A DNA stretch of 63,565 nucleotides, the filler included, from Octopus bimaculoides (taxonomy: Eukaryota): NCBI RefSeq assembly GCF_001194135.2. It is 6 parts of 5 records of this genome, joined end to end, with 100 filler letters (N's around TTAATTAATTAA, not from the genome) between each part and the next. Parts side by side here need not be neighbours in the genome. Positions count along the whole stretch, not along the records: positions 1 to 13,060 come from NC_068981.1; positions 13,161 to 27,204 come from NC_068988.1; 4 more parts are not named here. One strand, 5' to 3'. Positions within the stretch are counted from its first letter, which is position 1; every line of letters begins with the position of its first letter. A model generated the notes under the pieces. It did not search any database, was not told the DNA's origin, and saw only the letters and a program-made list of their open reading frames with translations. Positions 11,886 to 24,639 of the stretch are shown in pieces. Position numbers and translations under genes: made by a program.

Positions 11886-11927
11886 CTGACCCTTTAAAAG
11901 ACGGTCAATATAATTCCTATTATCTAG
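11886..11927 (-). CDS. 42-nt phase-0/0 micro-exon LDNRNYIDRLLKGQ
   Basis: Acceptor CGTTTTTAATTGCAG| and donor CAG|GTATCG. Only frame 0 is open; the other two frames hit TAA or TAG at once. Confidence 0.55.
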
Positions 11928-12950
11928 CTGCAATTAAAAACGATTATAAATAGGATTTTGTGAGTGTGTTGTAAAAATTCATAACCGAGGAATTTCGTTG
12001 TCATTCATGTGGAAAAAAGTGTCATGACTAAAGGAATAACAACAGCCTAATGATAATAATGTCATCAAGTGCCATTTTTACAGCAATTGCAGCTGTTTCA
12101 GATTCTATTCAAACGTCAGTAGTTACAGCTATAATAAATAATAAAGATGTTGACATTTTTAATTGATTCAGGAAGTACTGAAAAATTTATTTGACTTTCT
12201 TCTCCCTGTTATGAAATTGTCTGTAAAAATCTACTCCTTTAATTACTATGGCTTCTTCGATAAACAAGAAAGTAATTGCAGGTTTTACTATTTAGAATGT
12301 TACTCTAAACGACAACATTTGAAATAAAAACGATATTAAAGATAATATATTATCGTTTTGTATGTTTATTGCTGGGGGAAAGTTTTGCATCTGTTTACAA
12401 AAGTATGCGGATTAGATATATTGGTAGCTTACCGACACTTTCAATTTTGACCTAACTGTTACGAATGACAAATCTCGGATTTTTTAAAGTCTTGATAATT
12501 ATTAAGTTGGTACTATTCATAGTCAATTTGCTTTGTAAAAGATTGTTTTTTTTTGTATTTTGTTGTTTTTTTTTCGAAACCTTACATTTATTGAAATTAG
12601 TATGATATCTTATACACAAACTGCTGACTTTTTCAGACGCTTATTCCTTCCCTTCAATTTTATTTTTGGCAAATGACATCTAAGAATATTCTTCATTTAG
12701 GAGATTTAATATTGAATTCCACTGTAAATTGATAATCGACCCATTACGACAATTGGAAGTAGTGGAAAGTTATATCAATTTTGTAAAACGTATTTTTATA
12801 TGAATAATGAGGTGGCTACTTTCCAAAGAAAAATTGATTACATGATTACAGTTAATTATCTAAATTAAACATTTGCTTATAAAGATTGACTGTTATACTA
12901 TGATGAAAAAATATAGAGAAGTAGAAACAAAGTTTAGAGAAAATCAAAAA

Positions 12951-13003
12951 TGGCGCAAGCGTGTCTGTGTGGTAAGAAGCTTGCTTCCCAAACACGTGGT
13001 TCC

Positions 13004-13006
<3 letters not shown>
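12951..13006 (+). mobile_element. SINE family A head fragment running into (GT)n and a spacer gap
   Basis: GGCGCAAGCGTGTCTGTGTGGTAAGAAGCTTGCTTCCCAAACACGTGGTTCC matches the family A head. Confidence 0.8.
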
Positions 13007-13060
<54 letters not shown>

Positions 13061-13160
13061 NNNNNNNNNNNNNNNNNNNNNNNNNNNNNNNNNNNNNNNN
13101 NNNNTTAATTAATTAANNNNNNNNNNNNNNNNNNNNNNNNNNNNNNNNNNNNNNNNNNNN
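13061..13160. other. Assembly spacer N44-TTAATTAATTAA-N44 (also 27205-27304, 45391-45490, 53371-53470, 59974-60073)
   Basis: The identical 100-bp structure occurs five times; the 12-mer gives stops in all six frames. Confidence 0.97.
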
Positions 13161-13195
<35 letters not shown>

Positions 13196-13264
13196 AACAA
13201 CCCTGGTGGTAGATTCTGTCAAATACCCGAGCAGTCTCAAGAAATATTAAACATTTTTTTTTAT

Positions 13265-13640
13265 GTTGGTGACTTAAGAACATTGGGTATGGGTGTTCGG
13301 AAAAAAAACTTTATATCCATGAGTAAGGAGGGTTTTGAAAGCGTTCAGGGAAGTATTACTGCTGTTAGTATCTAAGAGATTCTCGCTCAGACAGAAATCC
13401 AGATTGTAAGATGCTTGTGTGTTGTTACATGATACTGAGATATGGCTGATGAATTTGGAAATTATGTGAAGACTGGAAAGAAGTTAAATGAGCATGTTTC
13501 GCTTGATAGTTAGCGTCTATGATTATGAACACTGGAGAAGAATCGAGAGAAAAACCGAATGCATCAAGGATCAGATGTGGTTTGGATGAGAGAAGACTGT
13601 GCTGGTATGAATATTCTATATGTATGAAGAATGTATTAAG
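13265..13640 (+). mobile_element. Decayed RTE-clade LINE, RT C-terminal part
   Basis: Frameshifted translation QKSRL*DACV..LHDTEIWLMNLEIM*RLERS*MSMFR...ERRLCWY matches RTE KGRLY.ACV...LYGSETW...RLE..E..M.R...RLRWYGH. Confidence 0.7.
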
Positions 13641-13733
<93 letters not shown>

Positions 13734-13744
13734 GTGTGTCTGTT

Positions 13745-13776
<32 letters not shown>

Positions 13777-15649
13777 GATCGATCTATCTATCTATCTGTC
13801 TGTCTGTCTATCTGTCTGTCTATCTATGTATCTATCTATTATTTATCTACCTATCTATCTACCTTTTAAACTTTTGAACTTTTGAACTTTCGAGATTTTC
13901 GAACGAGAACTTCCAAACGCTTTCTCACTGTTCACTGCTCATGTAATTTATTAAAGCCTTTTACACTACCTCAACTTCTTGATATGTTTTAATGTTTTAC
14001 CTTTTTACTACATTTTCTACATTTTCCATTGTCTTTTCTTCATTGTTCAATTCTATCATCTTTCATTCTTAGCTTTTGGTTTCCCCATTGCTAATTGCTA
14101 ACTTTTCAAATATTACTTCCATCTACCTGTTCCTTCCTTCTTTCTGCCTTCTACCCTTTACTTCTACCTGTTCATTCCTCCTAACTTAGCTTTACTTCAC
14201 TTAGCATTGCACCCTCTCTCACCATCGTACTAGGGTGTTACCCTGTTATCTCTCTGTACTAGGTACGAAGAATGATAGCTGTATAAAGTATCAAGTTATC
14301 TTAGTGAAAGATATCTGAAGAAGAAGACTGGAGGCGACAGAAGACAACATGGTGAAGATTTATCTCAGATGTTGTGTATCCCTTAACGAACAGTGCAGAC
14401 TTGCACAACGCACATCTAAACTGTTTCTGTGTATTTTGTGTCAGTCAGTAAAAGTAAAACCTGAAAATACAAGGGTTGGCATGTATTATATCGGTTGGCA
14501 TTGTCTAGTTGAAAATGGAAAATTATTTACTAAGCTTTAGGGGCCATAAAATATTCAGATTTTTAATGGCTACATGATGTTTTTAATGCATTAAAAATTA
14601 AATTTATTTCATCACAATAGGTGTGCTTTACTTTAGAATACATTTTAGCTATAGTCTCTTATTGAAAAGATCAGATTTTCACTTTCATGCTGTGTAAAGT
14701 GCTTTTATTTTGTTTCTATCTGAATTGAATCTTAGAAATGTTATTTTAGGATTAGATTTTATTAAAATATTTTATGGTCAATCCAGAACACATTTTCTCT
14801 CTAATATGGATTAGGCAGTGAATTTGTTGAAATGGATTATTTCAAAATGAAAATATGTTGAACGCTTTCCGATGTTTCAATATAATATTTTTATCAGCAT
14901 ATTGTTTCAAAATTTTTCAAAGCAAATTATGAAGCTAATTTTAAAAATTAATTTTGAAATATTATGGAAGCTCAAGATTTATTTTAATGACTATTTCTTA
15001 CGTAAAACTAATTTTGTTTACGGTGAGGTATTGCCAAATAGTTTCAAAGCATTTTTAAGCTGTAAAAATCTCCAAGAAAATGCTTTAAAATTCTATAAAA
15101 TCTTTTAAAATATGTTTATAATTTTTTCCTTTATGAATTATTCTATTTCAAAAATTATTCTAAAATAATTTCTTGAAACTTCTGTTAACAAATAAAACTT
15201 CGATTTTTAAATCCAAATTTAATATCCAACTTCACGGTTTGAACAATGTCTTACGATGATATAAATACAAATGTAGAAATGTAAAGGTGTTTATATGAAT
15301 GTAAAAATTAAATGTGCTGTTCTGTTTTGTTATTTAATGTTTAAGTTAATGCGTTTATTCGTAAGGAAATAAAAATGTTGTTAAGGGAGTTTAAGTGATA
15401 TAAATAATATTGAAAACATGGAAATAAGTAAGTGATATATTAAAAGAGAAAGTACGCTAAAGAACGGGATAAAAATATATAATAATTTGAAATATAAGGC
15501 AAGTATATAAAATATAAAAGTTATACAGAAAAAAACATAAAGAATATGAAACTATACATGTATAAATAAAACGAAAAATATAAATAAAAAATTGAAAATG
15601 TTGGGTAAAATACAGGCGAAAATTGTAAAAGTTGAAAAGTAATAGTAAG

Positions 15650-15729
15650 AATTAATAATAATAATAATAACAACAACAACAACAACAACAATAATAATAA
15701 TAATAATATTAATAATAATAATAATAATG

Positions 15730-15796
<67 letters not shown>
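15650..15796. repeat. (AAT)n/(AAC)n microsatellite
   Basis: Directly visible. Confidence 0.98.
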
Positions 15797-15800
<4 letters not shown>

Positions 15801-17043
15801 GTGAAACATTTGAAATGTAAACGAAAAATAAAAATTACAAAGAAAAATTTGAGCATTCAGAAGTTTAAATTTCAGAAAGCTTATTGGTGAATAATGTTTC
15901 AGAGATCTGTAGGGTTTATGACGACATGAAGAGATTTATTCTGAGGCTTTATTCATTATTGGCTTCTTAGCAAATTAAATTTCATAAGTTTCGGGTGTGT
16001 ATAAATTGCATGGTTTCCCTATTTCCTTTCTAGAAATTTACGCCCGATGTAACTGTCGATTTCAGCTTTTATTGTATATTACTCTCTCTCATATGTCATA
16101 TGAATGTTGAAGGGATGTATCTTTACTACAATTATATTTCTAAATGTATCTGTGAGTTGGTTATATAAAAGTTTGAATGGATTAAATGTGATGTTGACAT
16201 AAATGTTAGTAGAATATTCCTTTCAAGCTACTTGCGTTATAATATGAAGAAGTTGTTCTGACTATTTACGTGCCTTTAGTATTTGATATCTTTTTAGATG
16301 ATACAAAAGGAAAATATGCGAATAGATTTAAGGGTTGTATATTATGATAAATTAAAAATGATTTATTGTTCTTATATTTATGAAATGGCTTACAACAGCA
16401 ATAGCGAAGCTTTAAATGTAAACCTGACAATTGGTGTTGCAACTACTGTATTAAATAGAAGACTGAACCATAAGTTTTCTATCTTTATCATTTTTAGACG
16501 GCATATTAATATTGTCGATATCAATTTTTAAGATAATTTTGGCAAAATATTTAATATATTTCCATGAAAACATCATTCTAAATCCACTTCTAGAACACTA
16601 GAGAATTTTCATTCTGATATAATCCATATACTAAAAATTAACATCCAGATGCGAATTTGTAGATGAAAGCATATCCTACGTCAGCTATAACATACTTCCA
16701 CACAAAAAATATAAATAATATACATTGATAAAATACATTGTAATAACAAATTTGCACATCTAGAAAATTAACACTTAATCCGGTTCAACCACGAATTAAA
16801 AGAAATTAAATACGTACCTTTGTCAGAAAGTGAACTAAAATTTTAATGTATGAAAACACAACCTTATTAAAAGCGAAGTCTTCCACAGGCAAATCTTATT
16901 CTAAAAAGTTCTTTATTTTCCTCTCAACAAGTGATCGTTTCTGTAGGCATGCTGTTCTGTTCCTTTTTATTTTAGTGGCAGTGACAAACTAGTTACATAT
17001 TTGACTGATACGCAGATTTTATTTTACTGCTTGATTATCTTAC

Positions 17044-17133
17044 CTGTGGTCATAGCTTTTACTAACATTTTGAATTCTCTCTCCGAATTCAATGCAAAAC
17101 TATAAGTCGGTCGTCGTTTGCCCTGTACTTAAT
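17044..17133 (-). CDS. Candidate 90-nt exon: 5'UTR plus start MLVKAMTT (phase-1 donor)
   Basis: Acceptor TTTGTTATTACAG| and donor CAG|GTAAGA. All three frames are stopped from the acceptor; ATG at 17068 runs to the donor. Confidence 0.5.
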
Positions 17134-17329
17134 CTGTAATAACAAACTATATAAGCATACATACATACATATATACCTACATACACACACACGCGCACAC
17201 ATACATACATATATTTAAGAGTAAAGAGAGAGGAAAAGAGAGAGAAATAAAGAGAAAGAGTGAGAGAGAGATACAGAGAGGGAGAGAGAGAGAGAGAGAG
17301 GGAGAGAGAGGGAGAGAGAGAGCAATTAC

Positions 17330-17422
17330 GTCGTGGAAGCGACATTTTGCGTTTCTAAAAATAATTGCTATATTCAAGTTTGATTTACTACGTGGTCTCA
17401 AAATTTTGTTGTCTGCAACTGA
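17330..17422 (-). promoter_or_regulatory. Candidate first exon and TSS (Inr-like TCAGTT at 17422-17417; donor GAC|GTAATT at 17330)
   Basis: Unique CpG-containing island between microsatellites; donor followed by a CT-rich intron of about 200 nt leading to the 17133 acceptor; TGAGTCA (AP-1-like) at 17420-17426. Confidence 0.3.
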
Positions 17423-17448
17423 GTCACTGAGAATGACACACTACAGTT

Positions 17449-17512
<64 letters not shown>

Positions 17513-17929
17513 AAAAATATATATGTATGAATATATGTATATATATATATATATATATATGTGCGTGTGTTTTATGTATATGTATGTATTTATATATGCA
17601 TGTATATATGCATGCCCGCACACACGCACACACACACACATATATATATGTATGTATATATACACACACAGACGCATTTGCTTTATGATATAATAAAAAG
17701 AATCTTACTTCAATCTCAAGGAACACTCAATGCATTTGACAGAGAAAAAAATTATTTTTCTTTAACACGAATAGCATTCACTGAGACTTCGAAAAATCGT
17801 CCAGTTAAACCATCATGGGACCGTGCTTAAATTTCGGTTCATCTTGTCTTTCTATAGTCACTGTCAAGTTAGAATTTTCTAGTGCAAACTGTTTCTTCGT
17901 TTCAGAGGGTTTGCATAGTGGGGACAGGT

Positions 17930-18241
17930 TGTAGAACTAGAAATGTAGTCTATAAATCATAAGATTTATAGGAGTTGCTTGTAAAGATATGAACATGACA
18001 TACATAGGAGAGAGATCTTGGAGTATTGCGGAAAGACTAAAAGAATATTTGAGACAATATGACGACAAGAAAACAGTCCTCCATACTCTACCAACATGCC
18101 AAATACCAACATGGAGGCAACTTGGATCAACTTGACATCCGCATTTTATCTAAGCACCCAATGGATCCAGCCCTCAGACAAATACAGGAGTACGTCTTCA
18201 TAAATGAAACATCTTCAATACTAAATAGGAAACATACGTAG
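17930..18241 (+). mobile_element. Penelope-like element GIY-YIG endonuclease remnant
   Basis: CRTRNVVYK...MTYIGERSWSIAERLKEY, then a frameshift to SSILYQHAKYQHGGNLDQLDIRILSK...RQIQEYVFINETSSILNRK: typical PLE C-terminal GIY-YIG layout. Confidence 0.8.
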
Positions 18242-19080
18242 CATGTAATCATACACCCATCCCCACAGTTTATATGTATATACAGGTAGAATAGTTAGTG
18301 GGCTGTTATGTAGATGTGTGTGTGTGTGCATGTATATGTATACGCATGTGTACATTCACATGTATGTAGGCAAATGGATATGAATGTAAACAGATAGGCA
18401 TAGAGACGGATAAGTACATAGGTAATATGAGCAGACAAGCACCTATACATACGCAAATGAAGACTGGATCACATTACCATATATACACACGCTTCACTTC
18501 ACACAAGGACACGTATGGAAACACACATCTATATATACAGACATAGTACACAGGCACAAAAAATCCATACACTCAGACATGCACACACAAGGAGACAGCG
18601 GTACACACACACAGACGCACAAACATACATGCAAACAAACACACACACATGAAAAGACAGAAATATGAACACACAAACACATGAATATGCAGAATAAATA
18701 CATACAAACGTACAGGCATACATACATATATACATACACATACATGCATACACACACTTACATGCATGTATACATACACACATAAATACATGCATACACA
18801 CATTCATATATGTGTATGCGTACACACACAAACAGACAAAAAGAATGCAGCTCGGATAACGACGGACAAAGTCAACGACTATTGCAAATGTTGTAAGACG
18901 CAACGGAAATTTTAGGAAAAATAAATAAGTAAATGAAAAAAAACTGAACCGGTGAGTGTGTTAAATAATAAGGCACGAAAAGAGAATAACTCTTCTCAGA
19001 CAATAAAATATGCTTCAACATACGAACTCATATAAAGAATCTTTGAAACCAAATCCCAAAACGAAGTACATGCACAAACA

Positions 19081-19260
19081 CACACACATATACGACGGGC
19101 TTCTTTCATTTTCAGTATGCCAAATCCACTCACATGGCTCTAGTCGGCCCAGGGCTATAGTAGAAGACACTTGTCCAAGGTGCCATGCAGTGGAATTGAA
19201 CCCGGAACCATGTAGTTGGGAAGCAAGCTTTTTACCACACAGCCAGCCATACCTGCGCCT
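19081..19260 (-). mobile_element. SINE family A, 5' half
   Basis: Homologous to 6095-6250 and 60990-61160. Confidence 0.88.
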
Positions 19261-19783
19261 TCTATATATATGCACACACGCACGCAAATGCACACACATA
19301 TTCATCGGTTTTACGGCTGATACTATACCTAGATTTGGAACAAAATGTTTGTTTCTCTATATCNNNNNNNNNNNNNNNNNNNNNNNNNNNNNNNNNNNNN
19401 NNNNNNNNNNNNNNNNNNNNNNNNNNNNNNNNNNNNNNNNNNNNNNNNNNNNNNNNNNNNNNNNNNNNNNNNNNNNNNNNNNNNNNNNNNNNNNNNNNNN
19501 NNNNNNNNNNNNNNNNNNNNNNNNNNNNNNNNNNNNNNNNNNNNNNNNNNNNNNNNATACGCTTCACAGTTATAAGAAATAACGAAAGTTTGATAAATTT
19601 CTTAGAAACAATATATGATATAAATTTCAATGTTCGGATAATAAGAAGTGGCCAGAACGTATGATAAATAAATGACATCTCCAGGCAATCCGCCAACCAG
19701 AATATTAGGCCACAAGTAGACAAAGCAAGTGACATCTTTGAATGAACAACCAATCAGGATTTGAAACTGTCACAAAACTTATG

Positions 19784-19819
<36 letters not shown>

Positions 19820-20434
19820 AAGCAATATTAGCTCGAAACATCTCAATTTCCACTTCGAACTAATAAAGCAAATGACAAACAACATTACTTTTCACATGAC
19901 CGAGCTTGTAAAAAATTTGTTTAAATATACTTATTCTTTAACGACTTCATCATGTCTAATTGGTAACATAATTCATTGCTATGAAACCTATTGAACTTTC
20001 AGTTTTTTGTCATGTATTAATTGCTATGAAATTGTCGAACATTTCAACTTTCATGTTTTCTTATTGCTCTGGTGCTAATTGGACAGTTGAATTTTCAGCT
20101 TGTAATTTTCCTTAGAAGCCTTGTTGGTATTTGACTTTTGAGCATGTTTTATCACCATGAGACTTTGTCACGCGCGTTCTCTTTCTTCTAAATTTTCATC
20201 TTAATTTTTACTTTTCATTTACCAAAGAGAAACATAAGAAATATTGAAACCGGTATAGTATTTTGGTAAATTTCAAAAATAATATGTGAAATTATTTTTC
20301 AAATCTACGTGCATTTGCAAATCCAAAACAATTTTCATAAATTCCTATTTGCATGAGAGCAAAATAATTTTGCCTATATATATATACATATATTAATATA
20401 TATGTGTGTCTGTGTGTGTGTGTATCTCTCTCTC

Positions 20435-20474
<40 letters not shown>

Positions 20475-20794
20475 TTTCGGTATTATATGGTGATTGCCAT
20501 CTCCTTGTGCTTCCCAGTTGTCAGTGTCCTTTCTGACATTCCGTCCATGATTTCATCGACGGCTATTGAGTCCCGATACATATCTGCATGGTGGGGTGAA
20601 GTAAAAGTGACACAGGAAATGTGCAATTTACTGTGCACTTCCAGCCAGTTAAGGCCGCACACGTTACCATTCTTCCATCGCTACAGCTCTGTCAGTTGAT
20701 GGAGAGACAAATGAAGTTACCATAAAAAGACATCTGTAAGTCTTTGGATGACAGGGATAAGCCTTAATACGACACGAGAACATTGAGCATCAAA

Positions 20795-20859
<65 letters not shown>

Positions 20860-22017
20860 CTCTGTCAATGTGTCTGTCTGTGTGTCTGTGTGTCTGTCTG
20901 TCTGTGTGCCTGTTTGTCTGTNNNNNNNNNNNNNNNNNNNNNNNNNNNNNNNNNNNNNNNNNNNNNNNNNNNNNNNNNNNNNNNNNNNNNNNNNNNNNNN
21001 NNNNNNNNNNNNNNNNNNNNNNNNNNNNNNNNNNNNNNNNNNNNNNNNNNNNNNNNNNNNNNNNNNNNNNNNNNNNNNNNNNNNNNNNNNNNNNNNNNNN
21101 NNNNNNNNNNNNNNNNNNNNNNNNNNNNNNNNNNNNNNNNNNNNNNNNNNNNNNNNNNNNNNNNNNNNNNNNNNNNNNNNNNNNNNNNNNNNNNNNNNNN
21201 NNNNNNNNNNNNNNNNNNNNNNNNNNNNNNNNNNNNNNNNNNNNNNNNNNNNNNNNNNNNNNNNNNNNNNNNNNNNNNNNNNNNNNNNNNNNNNNNNNNN
21301 NNNNNNNNNNNNNNNNNNNNNNNNNNNNNNNNNNNNNNNNNNNNNNNNNNNNNNNNNNNNNNNNNNNNNNNNNNNNNNNNNNNNNNNNNNNNNNNNNNNN
21401 NNNNNNNNNNNNNNNNNNNNNNNNNNNNNNNNNNNNNNNNNNNNNNNNNNNNNNNNNNNNNNNNNNNNNNNNNNNNNNNNNNNNNNNNNNNNNNNNNNNN
21501 NNNNNNNNNNNNNNNNNNNNNNNNNNNNNNNNNNNNNNNNNNNNNNNNNNNNNNNNNNNNNNNNNNNNNNNNNNNNNNNNNNNNNNNNNNNNNNNNNNNN
21601 NNNNNNNNNNNNNNNNNNNNNNNNNNNNNNNNNNNNNNNNNNNNNNNNNNNNNNNNNNNNNNNNNNNNNNNNNNNNNNNNNNNNNNNNNNNNNNNNNNNN
21701 NNNNNNNNNNNNNNNNNNNNNNNNNNNNNNNNNNNNNNNNNNNNNNNNNNNNNNNNNNNNNNNNNNNNNNNNNNNNNNNNNNNNNNNNNNNNNNNNNNNN
21801 NNNNNNNNNNNNNNNNNNNNNNNNNNNNNNNNNNNNNNNNNNNNNNNNNNNNNNNNNNNNNNNNNNNNTATATATATATATATATATATATGTATACATA
21901 CATACATACGTACATACATACATATGTATGCATATATGTGTGTGTGTATATATATGTATATTTGCATACAAAATGACTGACGACACACATATACGCATAT
22001 ACATGCATACCTACATC

Positions 22018-22053
<36 letters not shown>

Positions 22054-22479
22054 CGTACATATACAAATGCATGCATATATTTTTGTATATATGAACGTAT
22101 GTAAGTATGTACATACACACACTTGCCACCAATATATTTTTAAATGCCATTTTACCATCTGGATGAATATATACAAAGATGTCTTATTCACGTTATTGTT
22201 TACTGTAAATGTTTGCAATTCTGTATCTGTTGCAGTTGTTCTAATATTGTTGTCTGTTGTTTTTTTTTTCTTCCTACTGGATCGATATGGGTCTCAATTT
22301 GTTTATTTTTCCTGCATGAGATAAACCCGAAAATCAATTTCTATTCTCTGATTTACCTTCCGATAACTAAAATAAATATTAGAATGAATAATTGGGAGGA
22401 AGATGGGTGTACGGATGCTTGGAGGAGATGAGAAATGTGGTGAAGTCTTACTGTAGGAAATGTACTAAGGTTGAAATGA

Positions 22480-22855
22480 GGATGATGATGATGATGATGG
22501 TGATTTTGATTGTTGTGGCCGCGACAGTGGTGGCAATGAGGATGGTGAAGATAAGGACGATGATTATGTCGGCGACATAGTTGATGATAATGTTAATGAT
22601 GATGTTGATAATGATGATATTGACAACGACGACGATGAGGATGACGATGACGATGACGACGATGCCGATGATGATGATGAGGAGGAGCACTACGACGACG
22701 GCAACAATGATGATAATGTATGACAAGGACTGCGACAGGGACAAAGATGATGAGGACGACGATGACGACGGCCATGATGATAATGACAACGATGAAGATA
22801 ATATCGATAGTGATGACGATGATGTGGACGATAGAAATGATGAAAATAATGATGA
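22480..22855. repeat. Imperfect (GAT/GAC)n trinucleotide tract
   Basis: Directly visible; explains the poly-D/M/H ORFs. Confidence 0.92.
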
Positions 22856-24059
22856 GGGTGGAAACTTGCTCTGCTCAAATTAGAATTTGAGGAAGATAAA
22901 ATAATTAAAAGCTAGATTAGTGGAGATATTAAAAGACAAATATAAAATCGTACATGGTGTGTAGACGAAGGAAAATATAAATAATCGTGAAGCCTTTCAA
23001 CAAAAAATAAATTATGAAGGCCAGTTACGACTGATGAGAACAATACCGTTTACAACTCAACTGTCGTGCAATCTTTGTGGTGTTGTATATTTCTATAGCT
23101 TAATTCATTGGTCAACAGGTATTAGTATGTGCATTGATGCAATGGCAGACGCACACATACACTTATACAACATAATTGCAATTTGTGTATATTTTATCTA
23201 ACCTAAAGTTCGGTTATGCCTAAACACTTCTAGGCGCCGATACTTTACCTTTCCTTTAGACAACATAGGTGGCGTGGAGAGGGCATATTGGCATGCATGG
23301 GTGACTGCTGTCCTTTCACAAACAGCCGTGATCGGATTTATGCTTTGGAGGGGAACTTACTAGGTGCAATTCCATGGTCATTCGTGACCGAAGGGATTCT
23401 TTACTCTTTATATATACCAGTGTGTAGAACATGTATAATGAGTCGGCAAATGTGCGACAGAACTAGCTGTAACGTTTAGTCGAAGAGAATCTGTATCCTA
23501 GCTCTTTAACATGAAGGAAAGTAAGATTAGCTCAAGTTATCTTGATTATGTCAGTCAAAAACTCTTTTCAATGGGAGGTTATTCGACAAGAGGTTATTTG
23601 GTGTGTCTTTCATACAAGGCAATGCAAATGTAATAAGACTTGTGGTATTTCTGTATGGTTGAGGAATGTTTACTTAGCAGGGTCAGGAATTTTCTTGCTC
23701 TTCAATAGCATTGTTATTGTTAGCTATTGTTAGCGTCACTTCTCAAATATTATCAATGTGAAGTAATATAGCATTTGTTAGGCTTTTAATGTTAGTTATA
23801 TATGCTGGGCCAATGAAGGATGTATCTATAAAGCTATATAAATTGTAACAAGTAGTAACCCTCTCTCTTAAATCACTGCTATCATCCTAAAAAAGAAAGG
23901 AAATATCCAAATTGTAGTCGAAAACTATGCTAAAAGTGGTAAAGGACAACTTTCATCATAGCCCTCTTTCATCAACATTAATTTAACGAAAAGCAGTAAT
24001 TAGTAAATATATTATATACGAAGTTGTATCAGCATTAGAAAGTTCCTGGAGAAAAACTA

Positions 24060-24630
24060 AAGAATGTGTCTCAGTAATTTGGCACATAAACTTAGGTGAT
24101 CGTTTGCCTTCTTTTTCATAGACTTAAACTGCATCCCATGATGTTGCTTGTTTTGATGGAAAAACAAGAGTAAAAAAACAAGCTTCGTAGCAACGTAATG
24201 GATTTTCAAGATTTCGTGGAGCTTCCACAAGTGATTCCACTCACGTTACAGAAGTGATAGATTTCTCAGCGACAGTACTTATGGACAAATTCATGAATAG
24301 TCTGAACCCCAATATTTTCAGTCGTTTTCCTGGCCTTTGCTCACCCTGAACAGATCCTCCAAGAAACATTGGGTAAGTCGTAACAAAACAAATTAAAACA
24401 GCTTTTGTGCTTTGATAAAGCGGTAAGCAGCATTCTCAGACTTCATGAGTGCTGAGGTTTAGGGAGGGATCCAGCAGATAGACAATGTTTTCTCTTGCTC
24501 TCTTTGTGCCCCGCACAGCTGTACATCATAAACCCTTCTCTCAGAAGCCCTGGCCATGAACGCTTAGCTTCTTGAACCAATTAGAAATGAGCGTGACAAG
24601 TACTGTTCAAAAACGTGCATTCGACTTTAA
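24060..24630 (-). mobile_element. Highly decayed Tc1/mariner transposase remnant
   Basis: Scattered minus-strand peptides WFKKL, LEDLFRVSKG (cf. LEDDPRSGRP), GITCGS.HEILK and YEKEG in mariner order; many frameshifts. Confidence 0.4.
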
Positions 24631-24639
24631 AATGTTTGG

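Noticed and set aside
13105-13116. Recurring TTAATTAATTAA palindrome
   Set aside because: Always centred in 44+44 N; an assembler spacer. The first one joins (GT)n to (AC)n, so order and distance across these joins are uncertain.
22353-22366. Other tiny splice-like pairs on the minus strand (10 nt near 22355, 22 nt near 57872, 9 nt near 58750, 34 nt near 8292)
   Set aside because: Expected by chance in AT-rich DNA; no independent support.
22448-22883. Asp/Met/His-rich ORFs resembling acidic biomineral or reflectin-like proteins
   Set aside because: All arise from a GAT/GAC trinucleotide tract; no splice sites or family motifs.
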